Shown here: positions 1 to 12,280 of the stretch, piece after piece
How the letters are laid out: each line of letters starts with the position of its first letter
Numbering within the stretch: position 1 is the first letter of the stretch
Origin: Octopus sinensis
Lineage: Eukaryota
Direction of reading: 5' to 3'
DNA: 64,000 nucleotides
Assembly: GCF_006345805.1 (NCBI RefSeq)
Contig: NC_043024.1
Location: 6,448,001-6,512,000, forward strand
Notes under the pieces: generated by a model
What the model saw: only the letters and a program-made list of their open reading frames with translations
The model's database searches: none
What the model was told of the DNA's origin: nothing
Position numbers and translations under genes: made by a program

Positions 1-344
1 TTTCTTTCTTAGGTTTTTTTGAGTGCATTCAACGTCTCTCACTTCCAAATATTTGACTACTATTTCTAGCACGCCCTTCTACCATATAACAGCTATTTGC
101 GATAAAGGACCAAAAATACCTGTTATGTAGTAGCAAGGCATGCAAGAAATAGCAGCCAACTCTTTCCTTTTCTGGGGAAAAGAGTCATTTACACATGATT
201 TCAATGTCACATTCAATCATAGCATGCAAAATAACCTGGAAAAGAAAAGAAAAACCTACAAAACAAGACTCCGTTGCTAGGAAACTCAGACTTTTCTAGT
301 GACCCAACAGGTCACGGATAGTCCAGTATTCTCTTTCTCTTTTT

Positions 345-727
345 TCTTCTCTTTTTACTTGTTTCAGTGATTTGACTATGGTCATGCTGGAGCACCGCCT
401 TTAATCGAGCAACTTGACCCCGGGACTTATTCTTTGTAAGCCCAGTACTTATTCTATCGGTCTCTTTTGCCGAACCGCTAAGTGACGGGGACATAAACAC
501 ACCAGCATCAGTTGTCAAGCAATGCTAGGGGGATAAACACAGACACACAAACATACATGCACATACATATATATACATATATACGACGGGCTTCTTTCAG
601 TTTCCGTCTACCAAATCCACTCACAAGGCTATAATAAAAGACACTTGCCCAAGATGGCACGCAGTGGGACTGAAGCTGGGACCATGTGGTTGGTAAACAA
701 GCTACTTACCACACAGCCACTCCTGCA
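345..727 (-). mobile_element. SINE family A copy
   Basis: Reverse complement of the 63155 copy, with a small internal deletion. Confidence 0.82.
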
Positions 728-934
728 CCTACAGGAATAAAATAATAATTAACTGACCCTCCTGTATTCTCTTCTATCCAAAGCCAGAATGGATAAATAC
801 TTTTTATTCAGTTTTAAAATGTTTTAATCTAATTCTGTTATTCGTTAGGGCACATGTTTTGTTTGTAAGTTGTTATTTGGTGTTTATATTTTGTATTTGT
901 TGTCTTTCTTTGACCACCGGTCACTTGTTTATAG

Positions 935-1054
935 GAAACTATGTCCACTATGAGATCAGAGCTGGAAGCTGAGAGTAATGTGTTACTGCAAGAACGGGGA
1001 AAACAGGAGAGATTAGCCATGACCATTTCTGACCAGATGCGCCTGGAAGCTCAG
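935..1054 (+). CDS. ERCC5: XPG/ERCC5 endonuclease, internal exon (ETMSTMRSELEAESNVLLQERGKQERLAMTISDQMRLEAQ); upstream exons lie outside the window
   Basis: AG at 933-934, GT at 1055-1056, 120 nt, phase 0/0. Resembles the XPG segment '...QQERIAATVTGQMFLESQ' that precedes the I-region. Confidence 0.9.
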
Positions 1055-1289
1055 GTGTGTTTATATATATATTTATATACACAAACCCCACCTATTGTAT
1101 TATCTGTATGTTGTGTGAGTGTGTGTGTGTGTGTATATATATAATTAATAATATCAGGGTAAGAAAATATTTAAAAAATTTTTACTACCAGTAGCCTAGC
1201 ATGTGGAAAAATTAGTCAATAGACTATTGGCTATTCCTTCTAGCATGCCAGGTATCCTATGATTGATACCTCTTATGTGTTTAAATATA

Positions 1290-1328
<39 letters not shown>

Positions 1329-1802
1329 CATACACACACGTGTGTATATATGTATTTATGTATGTGTGTATGTATATATATATATATATATATATCTTTT
1401 AGTTTTTACTTGTTTCAATTCATCATGCATTATCTTGTAACTTTGAGATTTCAATGATGTGTGTTTATTTTTAGCATGACATTGTAGGGTAGGAGTGAGT
1501 GGCTGGATATGGCCAGCTTGAACATAAAGCTGGTAGAATATTTGGGACTGGAAGTAGCTGGTTTAAATGCTGAAGTGTTAAATGCAACCAATGATGAAAG
1601 CGTTTGGTGTCAAACAAGGAGCCAGATTAACCCAAAGCACAACAGGCCACAATCATGGCTGTCAGGCATAGGTCAACAGGCCACGATCATGGCACAGATT
1701 GATGCATTTAATTTATAGGCGTTTGTTGAAATGTCTGCCAAGAGATAGTTCAACTAACGACTTTTCAGGTGATGTAAAACTTGCCACCATTATATACTTA
1801 CA

Positions 1803-2197
1803 TCTTTTACTTCTTTCAGTCATTTGACTGTGGCCATGCTGGAGCACCACCTTTAGTCGAGCAAATCGATCCCAGGACTTATTCTTTGTAAGCCTAGCAC
1901 TTATTCTATCGGCCTCTTTTGCCGAACTGCTAAGTTATGGGGACGTAAACACACCAGCATCGGTTGTCAAGCAATGCTGGTGGAGGAAGATGAGCCGCAC
2001 AAACACACACACACACACGCATATATATATATATGTATATATACATGACGGACTTCTTTCAGTTTCCGTCTACCAAATCCACTCACAAGGCTTTGGTCAG
2101 CCTAAGGCTATAGTAGAAGACACTTGCCCAAGGTGCCATGCAGTGGGACTGAACCCAGAACCATGTGGTTGGTAAGCAAGCTACTTACCACACTGCC
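1803..2197 (-). mobile_element. SINE family A copy
   Basis: Full-length match to family A. Confidence 0.82.
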
Positions 2198-2372
2198 ATT
2201 ATTTTTGTTTTTATGTGTGCATGGTAGTCTCATTTTCATAAAATGTGCTCAGCAATCCATGCTATGTGAGTGCAAATCCCAGGGCTTTATGGGTTAATCC
2301 TGCCCCTCAAAAACAGTTAAAACAACACTGTTTGTATCAAGGAATTTGTTAATGTGTTTTGTATGTTGACAG

Positions 2373-2586
2373 GAACTGCTGCTGTTATTTGGTGTGCCAT
2401 TCCTTGTGTCTCCAATGGAAGCCGAGGCGCAGTGTGCTTACCTGGACATCACCAAACAGACAGATGGTTCCATTACAGACGATAGCGATGTGTGGTTATT
2501 TGGTGGACAGAGGGTTTACAAGAACTTCTTCAACCAAAATAAACAAGTGGAATTATTCACAATGGCTGATGTGAATAATGTGTTGG
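2373..2586 (+). CDS. ERCC5: XPG I-region exon ([72 protein letters not shown])
   Basis: AG 2371-2372, GT 2587-2588, 214 nt. Carries the FEN1/XPG catalytic motifs EAEAQCA and TDDSD. Confidence 0.97.
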
Positions 2587-2869
2587 GTAAGAATTAATGA
2601 AGAAGAATTTTCATTTGGGATTCCCCACCCCTTCATTTTCTTCCTTGTTTTTCCTTCATCTTTTCTTCACCTTCATCGTTTTTCCTCTTCTTTATCCTTG
2701 TTCTTATTCCTCATTTTTTTCTTCTCTTTCCCCATTCTTCCTTTTTGCATTTTCTTTCCCTCCACCCACTCCCAACTTTTAATTTCGAGTGTAAGTCAAA
2801 AAGTAATGCCATTTTGTTTAGGACATGTATAATTAACAACACAGGAACATGCAGCATACATCAAAGTGA

Positions 2870-3200
2870 AGCTGGTCCTCTGTGGATCAGATCCCTACTT
2901 CTCAACATAGTCACCGTTTCTCTCAATAGCAATGTTCCACCTTCGAAAGAGAGCATGTATCCCTGCGCTGTAATATTCTGTTGACTGTTCTTTGTGCCAC
3001 TTCTTCACTACAGTTTTCACTTCCTCGTCACTGAAATAATGTTTGCCTCTCAAACCCTCTTTCATGGGGTGGAAGAGATGATAGTCTGAAGATGCTAAAT
3101 TATTCCATTGATGAGGAAGTGAAAACTGTAGTGAAGAAGTGGCTCAAAGAACAGTCAACAGAATTTTATGGGGCAGGGATACATGCTCTCATAGATATGG
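2870..3200. mobile_element. mariner 3'-end fragments in inverted orientation
   Basis: Minus strand reads SDYHLFHPMKEGLRGKHYFSDEEVKTVVKKW; the same segment recurs on + at ~3105-3195. Confidence 0.7.
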
Positions 3201-3696
3201 TAGATGGAATATGAAAGAAGATAGATGTGGTGGTTGTCATCATGATGATGATGACAGCAATGGTGATGGGATTTATCCAACCAAAGGTGAAGCCACCTCC
3301 TCTCCCTCCCGTCTTGCAAGTTGCTCAGTGACCCTGGTGGTGTGGGTGCCACGTGAAAAGCACCCAGTACACTCTGTAAAGTGGTTGGTGTTGGGAAGGG
3401 TATCCAGCCGTAGAAACCAAGCCTAAACAGAAGAATGGAGCATGGTGTGGCTTCCAGCTCCTGTCAAACCATCCCACCCATCCATGACAACATGGAAAAC
3501 GGATGTTGGATGATGATGATTCTTCACCATCATCATCACCACCAATGTGTCCACCCTGTTTGATGACACTTCACACACACACAAACATGCATACAGATAC
3601 ACACTAACACTTCCCAATGTGTGATGACGATAGTGGTGGTTACAGTGATGATGGACATGATGATGATGATGATGTTGTTATTGTTGTTACCCGTAG

Positions 3697-3841
3697 GTTT
3701 GGAGCGAGAGAAATTAATCAAGATGGCGTTCCTGTGTGGCAGTGACTACACCCCTGGTATTGCAGGGGTTGGTCCTGTGACGGCCCTGGAAATACTTGCT
3801 GAATTCAACGGGAAACACTTGGAAGGTTTACAGACACTCAA
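3697..3841 (+). CDS. ERCC5: XPG helix-hairpin-helix (H3TH) exon ([48 protein letters not shown])
   Basis: AG 3695-3696, GTAAGT at 3842, 145 nt, phases 1/2 fit the neighbours. Contains the GSDYTxGIxGVGxVTA motif. Confidence 0.97.
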
Positions 3842-3961
3842 GTAAGTAAATGTAGCTTATTAGTAGTATTGTTGTTGTTGCTGTTGATGTTGGTTAGACT
3901 ATAATCAAACACTCTCCAGCCATGACCAACCTGCTTTTTTTTAAAATCTCGATCTACATTA

Positions 3962-4343
3962 CTCTTTACTCCTTAACTTGTTTCAGTCATTTAACTGCGG
4001 CCATGCTGGAGCACCGCCTTTAGTTGAGCAAATTGACCCCAGGACTTATTCTTTGGAAGCCTAGTACTTATTCTATCGGTGTCTTTTGCCGAACCGCTAA
4101 GTTACGGGGACGTAAACACACCAGCATCAGTTGTCAAGTGATGCTGGGGTGACAAACACAGACACACACATACATATATACGACGGGCTTCTTTCAGTTT
4201 CCATCTACCAAATCCACTCACAAAGCTTTGGTCGGCCTGAGGCTATAGTAGAAGACACTTGCCCAAGGTGTCACGCAGTGGGACTGAACTCGGAACCATG
4301 TGGTTGGTAAGCAAGCTACTTACCACACAGCCACTCCTGTGCC
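3962..4343 (-). mobile_element. SINE family A copy
   Basis: Full-length match to family A. Confidence 0.82.
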
Positions 4344-6112
4344 CATATTTTCCTGATTTTTAAAAATCTAAATCCCTATCGGGGAATTGTTTTCGTGCCT
4401 GTTGTTCAACTTTAGGTCAGCTCTGATCCAACAGAATTATGATCAAAGGCATTCCAGATATGACCATCTTGTCCAGGATGCATTGTTCTCCTGTTGTTGT
4501 TGTTGTTGTTTAAACCCCAGGTCAGCTCTGATCCAACAGACATATGGTAAAAATCATTTGAGCCTCAAGTGTCCTGTAAATCAAGGACAATACTATCCAG
4601 CTGTGGTCATTGTTTAACCATGGGTCAACCACATCTAGCAAACATACAATCAAAGGCATTCCAGCCATGACCATTCCGTATATTGAAGACTACACTGTCC
4701 AACTGTTTTTGAACCCAAGGTCAACCCTGATCCAGCTGGCATATGGTCAGACATTCCACTGTTGACCATCCTGTCTTATATTACTTTATCCCATGTTTTT
4801 CTTTACTACTTACTTTACAGTTAGATGTGTGATGGGAGGGAGATTTAACTGCTCTTTCTTGAAGGTCGAGCCATAACTAAGGCCTCCTCATCATCTCATT
4901 ATCACTGTTGTACTTAACTAAGTTAGTAATGAGTGAATGAAAGAGCCCATGTGGTTGCACAATCTGCTAGAAATAGAAGCCAAATTTCTATCAACTCTCA
5001 GTACAAGATTGTAGAAGGGTACATCTGTTTAATGTGATCTCTGGTTTGTTTACACACAGTAAAAAGGCTGGGTGGCCATAGCTGGAATGTCTTCGATCAT
5101 AAAGCCAGTTCAACCAGGGCTGAGCTGGAGTTAAATAAAAATAGTAAAAACAGAAACAGAACCACAGTCTTAGATTTTGGTGCTAATGACAAATACAACT
5201 CAAAAGTCTTCATTCCTTTTTGCTTACTATAGTGTTTGTAGAGTTAATGTTGTGTGGTGAAGTTCATCCATTGCATGGCCAAACTCTTTGCCATATTTCT
5301 GTTGAAATAAAATTTTGAAAATAATGAAGAATTTATACTTGTTTTAGTTACTAGACTGCGACCATGCTGGGGCACCGCCTTGAATTTTTAGTTAAATGAA
5401 TTGACACCCCCCCCCCACCACCACTATTTCGTTTTTTGAGCCTGATGCTTATTCTGTTGGTCTCTATTGCCAAACTGTTAAGTTATGGGGATGCAAACAC
5501 ACCAACACCAGCTGTCAGGTGGTGGTGGTGGGACAAACACAGAAAGGCACATCCACACACATAGATATATGTAATATATAAAATGCCCCTGCCCCTCTCA
5601 AAATTCCATGTCTTGTGAGTTACTTGGTGACCCTGCAAGTGCTGGTGCCACATAAAAAGCATCCAGTCCACACTGTAAAGTGGTTGGCATCTGGAAGGGC
5701 ATCCAGCTATAAAAATCATGCCGGAACTAACCTCACCTGTGCAATTGGTATGTGAAAAACACTGGGTCCACTCTGCAGAGTGGTTGGTGTTAGGAAGGGC
5801 ATCCAGCCATAAAAACCCTGCCAAAACAGACACAGTAGCCTAGGGTAGTTTACTACCTGGCTGACTCTTGTTATCCATCCTACCCATGCATGCATGGAAG
5901 ACAGACATTAAACAATGATGATATATATATATATATATATATCCTTATTTGGTGGTTTTGAGTTTTCTACTGCTCTTTCTAGCACAAGGCTTTCCTATTT
6001 GGAAGCCTCTTATTGTATTTCTATGTGAATAATATATAGTCTAATGACTAATTCGTTTTTGTCCTAGGCCACTGGTAATAATAATTTATTATTACTCTAT
6101 TGTTACTTATTT

Positions 6113-6155
<43 letters not shown>

Positions 6156-6754
6156 GTGATGGGCTTCTTTCAGTTTCTTATTTCTTTATTGCCCACAAGG
6201 AGCTAAACATAGAGGGGACAAACAAGGACAGACAAAGGGATTAAGTCGATTACATCAACCTCAGTGCATAATTGGTACTTAATTTATTGACCCCGAAAGG
6301 ATGAATTGCAAAGTCGACCTCGGTGGAATTTGAACTCAGAATGTAACAGCAGATGAAATAGCACTGAGCATTTCGCCTGGTGTGCTAACGTTTCTGCCAG
6401 CTCGCCACTTCTTTCGGTTTCTGTCTAGCAAATCCACTCACAAGGTTTTGTTTGTCCTGAGGCTATAGCAGAAGACACTTTCCCAAGAGGGACTGAACCT
6501 GGAACCATGTGGTTGGGAAGTGAGCTTCTTACCACACAGCCACACCTGCACCTATGTAGTAGTAAAATTTTGTAAAATAACTTTTGTCGTTATTCATCTG
6601 GAGTTTGGAACATAAAACACAGATGCAAACTTTAAACTCAGATCACTTTAAAGCATGAAGAGTTTATATCTTAGAACCAGGGCAACCTCAGGTGGATTGG
6701 TTCTCAAAGGGTTAACGTCACCATTTGGCCCTTCTCAAAGGTGAGGATACAGAG

Positions 6755-6786
<32 letters not shown>

Positions 6787-7082
6787 GGCAATGAGCTGGC
6801 AGAATTGTTAGTATGCCATACAAAATGCTTGGCGGCATTTTGTTCATCTTTACATTCAGAGTTCGAATGCTGCTGAAGCCAACTTTGCCTTTCGTCCTTT
6901 CAGGGTCGATAAAATAAGTACCACTTGAACAGTGGGGTCGTTATAAATCATTCCTCCCCTCCCCCAAAATTAATGCCCTTGTGGAAATATTTGAAACAAT
7001 TATTATTATTATTATTATTATTATTATGACACTGTTGTCTCACAAGCTGACCAAACAAAACTGTTGAATTTTCTGTTTCCAG

Positions 7083-7171
7083 AACCTGGTGGGATTCTAC
7101 AAGAGATCAAATTAAAATTCCTCAAGAAATCAAACTAAAATCCAAACTTAGACAAATGGAAATTCATGATG
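7083..7171 (+). CDS. ERCC5: XPG exon (TWWDSTRDQIKIPQEIKLKSKLRQMEIHD)
   Basis: Pyrimidine tract with AG at 7081-7082, GT 7172-7173, 89 nt. Phase fits both sides; resembles XPG 'EWW...KVKKKLR'. Confidence 0.88.
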
Positions 7172-8629
7172 GTAATGGCACAGTTCTTATAATATTGCTC
7201 TGTGTGTGTGTGTCTGTGTGTGATGGATGTATGTATTTATTATGTGCTCATATCTATGTATGGATGTGTATATGTTAATGTGTGTGCATGTATGAACATG
7301 TCTGTTTATTATGTATGTGTCTATGTATAGATCTGTATAAATTCATATATGTGAGTATCTATTAACGTATTTTAATGCATAGCTATTAATATATGTGTAT
7401 TCAAATTTTGCTTCAAAACTGGGTGAAAAGAAATGCTCCTGAAAGTGAACAAGAACTAAAAATATCGATATTTTGCTGTGTTTTTTGAACATCAATGCTA
7501 TATACTCCACTCTTTTCTGAAATGAATCTGCAACAGCCAGGCAGAAGTATATACAAATAGCATAAAATCTATTTGCTGATGTGCAAAAGTGTTGCACAAG
7601 TAGAACAAAATTCAAATTTTGTGTTAGAAATGTTATCAACGTCATACACTTGATGTACGTGTGTTTGTTAAATGCTTGTAGCTGAGATATTACATCTTGC
7701 AGGGATCCTTTTAAAGACATTGTGTTAAAGATAAACACTGAATACTTCAAAGCTAGGTGAAACAAAAATCTTCCCAAAAGTATACAAGAACAACAGGTAT
7801 TGATATTCGCAGTCCTCTCCACCCACCAGTGCTACACATTTACCCTGCTTCCAAAATGAAATTGAATTGCCAGATAGAAGTACATAAAACCAGCATAAAA
7901 TCTATTTACTGATGTGCAAAAGTGCTACACAAGTAGAAGAAAATTCAAATTTTGTGTTACAAGCAGCTTAATAGTATAAACATTACCAATATCATATAGT
8001 TAATATATGTGTGTTGTTAAAAGCTCATAGTTGAGTTATTACGTTTTGCAGGAATCCCTTAATATTGTGTTAAAAAATAACACAGAGTACTTCAAAGCTA
8101 GGTGAAACGAAATGTGTATATATAATGTATGTGTGTGTGTGTGTGTGTGTGTGTAAGATGGTTGGTTGTCAGAATCAGTAGAGTGTCTGTCAAATGCTTT
8201 GTGCTGTTTGTTCCAGTTCTTCACATTCTGAGTTCAAACGTTGCCATGGTCAACTTTACCTTTCATTCTTCTAGGGGTCAATTCTGTCTGTCTCTCTTTC
8301 TCTCTTGGCTGAGATAGAGTTATGTAACACCATTTACCATGTCTGTGATGTCAGGAAGGTGAAAAAAATCTTTCTAACACCAAAAAAAAAAATTCCAGAA
8401 AATCGAGAAAGCTCCAAAGAACCACCCAACACTCCTAGAAATGGCAGTTGCAGATGATGGTGATAGTAGTGATGGTGGTGGTGGCAGTGGTGATAGTGAT
8501 GATGATGATGATAGTTGTGGTGGTGGTGGTAGTGATATATATGGTGATGATGATGATGGTAGTGATGACATCGGTGGTGGTGGTGTTAATGATAATCCTT
8601 GTATATATTGTATCCTTAATCTTTTCCAG

Positions 8630-8732
8630 GTTTCCCAAATCCCTCGGTTGTTGAAGCTTATGAAAACCCTGAAGTTGACGAGTCCGAGGAGCCTTTCTCC
8701 TGGGCCCTACCCAAGCTGGACGAACTCCGACT
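8630..8732 (+). CDS. ERCC5: XPG exon (GFPNPSVVEAYENPEVDESEEPFSWALPKLDELR)
   Basis: AG 8628-8629, 103 nt. Resembles XPG 'GFPNPAVAEAYLKPVVDDS...FLWGKPDLDKIR'. The donor is GTATCCTTT. Confidence 0.95.
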
Positions 8733-10012
8733 GTATCCTTTGTTGTTGTTGTTTAACCCCAAGCCAACCCTGATCCAGGAGATCTTTGATCAAGGGGCTC
8801 CAGTCATGACGCTCCAGTCTTGTTTTCAAATTCATCCCTTTTTTTTTTAAAGAGTGTATCATTTGAGTGATATTTAGCTGCTGTTTCCAGCAGTTTGCAA
8901 GTTCGTTTTATACAATAATTTATTTTTATTTTTATTTTTTGTTTCACTGCATTTTAACACATCATCATCACAACAGCCATCATCACCATCACGTCTACAA
9001 CTACCATCACAACCATCATCACCATCCATGGCCACCATGATAATAATCCTTATGATGTGCGTTTTCTTTTCGTTTTTGCTTTGTTGCTGCAGCTAGGACA
9101 GGTTTGAAAACTATATTCACATCAGAAATTTGTCTGGAATTACCATTTACCATTTTGCAAGCCACCATTTCATTTTCCTGCTGCATTTTTTTTTTTTGCT
9201 ATTCCATTTACCACATGTTTATATATCACCACCAGTAACAACCACCAGCACCACCAGCACCACCACCAGCACCACCAGCACCACCAGCACCACTTCTATA
9301 GCTACCATCCACCTTATATGCCTTATGTCCATACTACTCCCTATATCTATTCTAACTACCATCACATCACATTTCCATATTACCATCTCAATGGTCTGCC
9401 CTAGCTACCATCGCATATCTATTATTTAGACGACTGCCATCACCTGCCACTATGCTTGCTACCATCACATCCATACCTGTACCACTGTCAACACTCACCT
9501 GTACTGTAACTGCCATCACATACCTGTATCACTACCACCACCATCACCTACCTGTACTTTAGAAACCATCCACTGCCATCAAAAATCCATACCATCACCA
9601 ACCTCTACCTACCATCCACAACCATCATATTTCCATGCTATCCTCACATTCTTTTGCTCTCTCTCTACCATTATTACATCACAATTAAGGTGGCGAGATG
9701 GAAGAATTGTTAGCACACAGGGCAAAATGCTTAGCGGTATTTCACCCGTCATTACATTCTGAGTTCAAATTCCACCAAGATCAACTTTGCCTTTCATCCT
9801 TTCGGGGTCAATAAATTAAGTACCAGTTGGATATTGGGGTCGATTTGATTGACTCTACTGTCCCCCTCCCCACAAAATCCAGGTTGTGTGCCTATTGTAG
9901 AAAGGATTATTATATGACCATTTCAAAGCCACCATTTCATTCCATCCAAGAACCATTACCATTCTGAATTAAACATGTCTTTTACGTATTACCCTTAACT
10001 CCAGACTCTCAG
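8733..10012 (+). promoter_or_regulatory. U12-type (minor spliceosome) GT-AG intron
   Basis: 5' splice site GTATCCTTT (8733-8741), branch site CCCTTAAC (9992-9999) 13 nt upstream of the AG, and no long polypyrimidine tract. Confidence 0.88.
9686..9905 (+). mobile_element. tRNA-derived SINE family B (~230 bp), representative copy
   Basis: AAGGTGGCGAG(C)TGGCAGAA head and B-box GAGTTCAAATTCC. Related copies lie near 6178, 6785, 20180, 20455, 20690, 23025 and 40440. Confidence 0.78.
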
Positions 10013-10100
10013 ATACACATCCGAGAAGTTAGGTTGGTCCAGGAATAAAACAGATGAAATCTTACTTCCCGTTCTGTCTGCGTTGAATAAACCTGCCAAA
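10013..10100 (+). CDS. ERCC5: XPG exon (YTSEKLGWSRNKTDEILLPVLSALNKPAK)
   Basis: AG 10011-10012, GTAAGG at 10101, 88 nt. Resembles XPG 'FGWNRTKTDESLFPVLKQL'. Confidence 0.93.
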
Positions 10101-11773
10101 GTAAGGGACCAGATTTTATTGTAAACACATATGTAGAAGGGCTGGGGAGTTGATTGGCTTGGCAGGACCCTCTTGAATTACATATATGTATGTAATATAC
10201 ACAGGTGTGGCTGAGTGGTCAAGGAGCCTGCTTTGCAACCTCGTAGCTTCAGGTTCAGTCCCACTATGTGGTATCTTGGGAAAGTTGTCTTCTACTATAG
10301 AGCCAGGGCAGCCAATGCTTTGTGAGTGAATTTGGTCGATGGAAACTGTATATGTGTGTTTGTGCTTGTCCCTCACCACACAATGCTCCATAACCAATGT
10401 TGGTTTGTTTACATCCCTGTAACATAGTGATTTGCCTAAAGAACTTGTTTCCGAAGCTGGGTAGTATAACCCCCTTGCTAAGGTGGCGAGCTGGCAGAAA
10501 CATTAGCACACTAGGCGAAAGGTTTATTTATAAACATGAGTTAGCTATGGTTTTTAGGCATAAGAGAATATATTCTCAATGTGTCTGGTGTAAAAAAAAA
10601 ACCCCTCAAAGTAGGTCATAGTCAAGGGAGGCAACTCGCATCAGGTTCCCTTCTCACTTGATTATGACACACTTTCAGGTGTTTTTTAGATCTGGCACAG
10701 AGAGAATGTATTCTCTTACACCTAAAATCTGCAGCTGATCCACGAACTAACAACACACACACCTTGTGCAGGTGTGTTCGATTTCGTTTATATATCTTGA
10801 GCGGCTTTTAGTACATATTTGAATAAATATGTATACATACATGGTGGCTGCCCCCTCGTTATCGAGTATGGCCATTGCACAAAGCTTAATCAATGTTGTT
10901 ATCATGCAATGCTTGTGCAAGAAGATTTTTTTTAAAGTGAGGAAAGGTTGTGCACTGAGTCAATCCCACTCACAAAGCAACAGCAGCCATAATCGGAAAA
11001 GAAGAACAAGTCAACATCATCGGTAACCACTGAGCCGCAGTTTTATGTTGGAGTTATCCCAGTTACCTGAGTTACCTTCTCCTAGAAGGATGCCCTAACA
11101 AAGGCTAGGAGTCCTTCACTCCCAATGGTTTAATCGCGCGACCGGGTATTCAGTCCTATTATTTCTCTGTCCCCGCGCATGATACAGCTTTAAGACATTT
11201 ATTGGATAGCCGTTGACTCTCAAGAGTTCCTCCGCCCTTTGACGGGTTTTGTTTTTCATCCCGCAGGGTATCCAATAAACACCCTCCTCACCAAGCAACC
11301 TTGGTGGGGTTGCCAGTTTAGTCGCCGACGACCCGACCATGCAACAGGTTGTACTGGGTTACATGTTACCAGTAGCACTCAAAAGTGACCTGACATATAT
11401 ATACATACACATATCGTTGTATGTCCAAATTTGGCCAAATGCGTTCTTTTCGGTATTTATTTTTACTTGCAAATGCCGGTTCTTTTGGTCAAACAATTTT
11501 GCTATGGAATGGTAAAACTATTTTTCCATTTTCTGAAAAAAGCAACATTTTAAACTTAAGCTTATATTTGTTTTACAGAGACATCAAATGTGTTTCGTAT
11601 CATACAGACAAGAAAGTAATATTTCATACAGCAGAAAGATTGAGTATTATTACCCTTACAAGATGGAAAAAGTTGTCTTGCAAGGGTAATAATACCCAAT
11701 TTTTCTGATGTTTCCATGGTAATACTGTCTTTGAAATATTACCTTGTTGTCTTTACAATATACACACACGCAC

Positions 11774-11806
<33 letters not shown>

Positions 11807-11951
11807 CACAACTTATGAGAGTTTTCAGTCCGATCACATGTGTCTCGAATGGGCTGGAGAATTTCTATTTTGGATACTTAATTGTGCTCGTGATTTAGTG
11901 TTTGCTTCTTCCATGGGTATGAGTAAGTATTTCATTTATTTCTTTGCCGCA

Positions 11952-12013
11952 TTTATCACTGACGAAGAGAAGGTTCTTATGAATTAACTCTGAAATTGGG
12001 TCCAATATAGTAA
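11952..12013 (+). ncRNA. minimal type-I hammerhead-ribozyme-like motif
   Basis: CTGACGA (11959-11965), stem II AGAG/CTCT, GAAA (11992-11995), stem III TTGG-gt-CCAA, U-A cleavage site at 12006-12007, and stem I with 5 of 6 pairs. Confidence 0.5.
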
Positions 12014-12280
12014 TAACAGAATTTTTTAGAAATTTCTGTTGGCTTTCTTCGAGACGTGTGCTTATAGTGATGAATTATATGGTTATGGACGATGTGTCTA
12101 GTTTCGGCATATTTGGCATTAGAATTTTTTTTATTTTGCCCTTATTTATAAGTTGTTTATAAATTTAACCTTTAAAGGTATTTCTTAATATGCTGGCCAC
12201 TGATAAAATTTTTTTCGAAAAATGTTATCCTATATTAGATATATATATATATTTACTTTATCTATTGTTTTTTCACGCAG

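Noticed and set aside
312-518. Recurring 'MTTDAGVF...' ORFs (also 56907 and 63374)
   Set aside because: They are translations of SINE family A copies.
4404-4780. ~100-bp periodic repeats in an XPG intron
   Set aside because: They are degenerate copies of a short dispersed repeat also seen near 3890, 5040, 8745 and 19400; I could not support any function.
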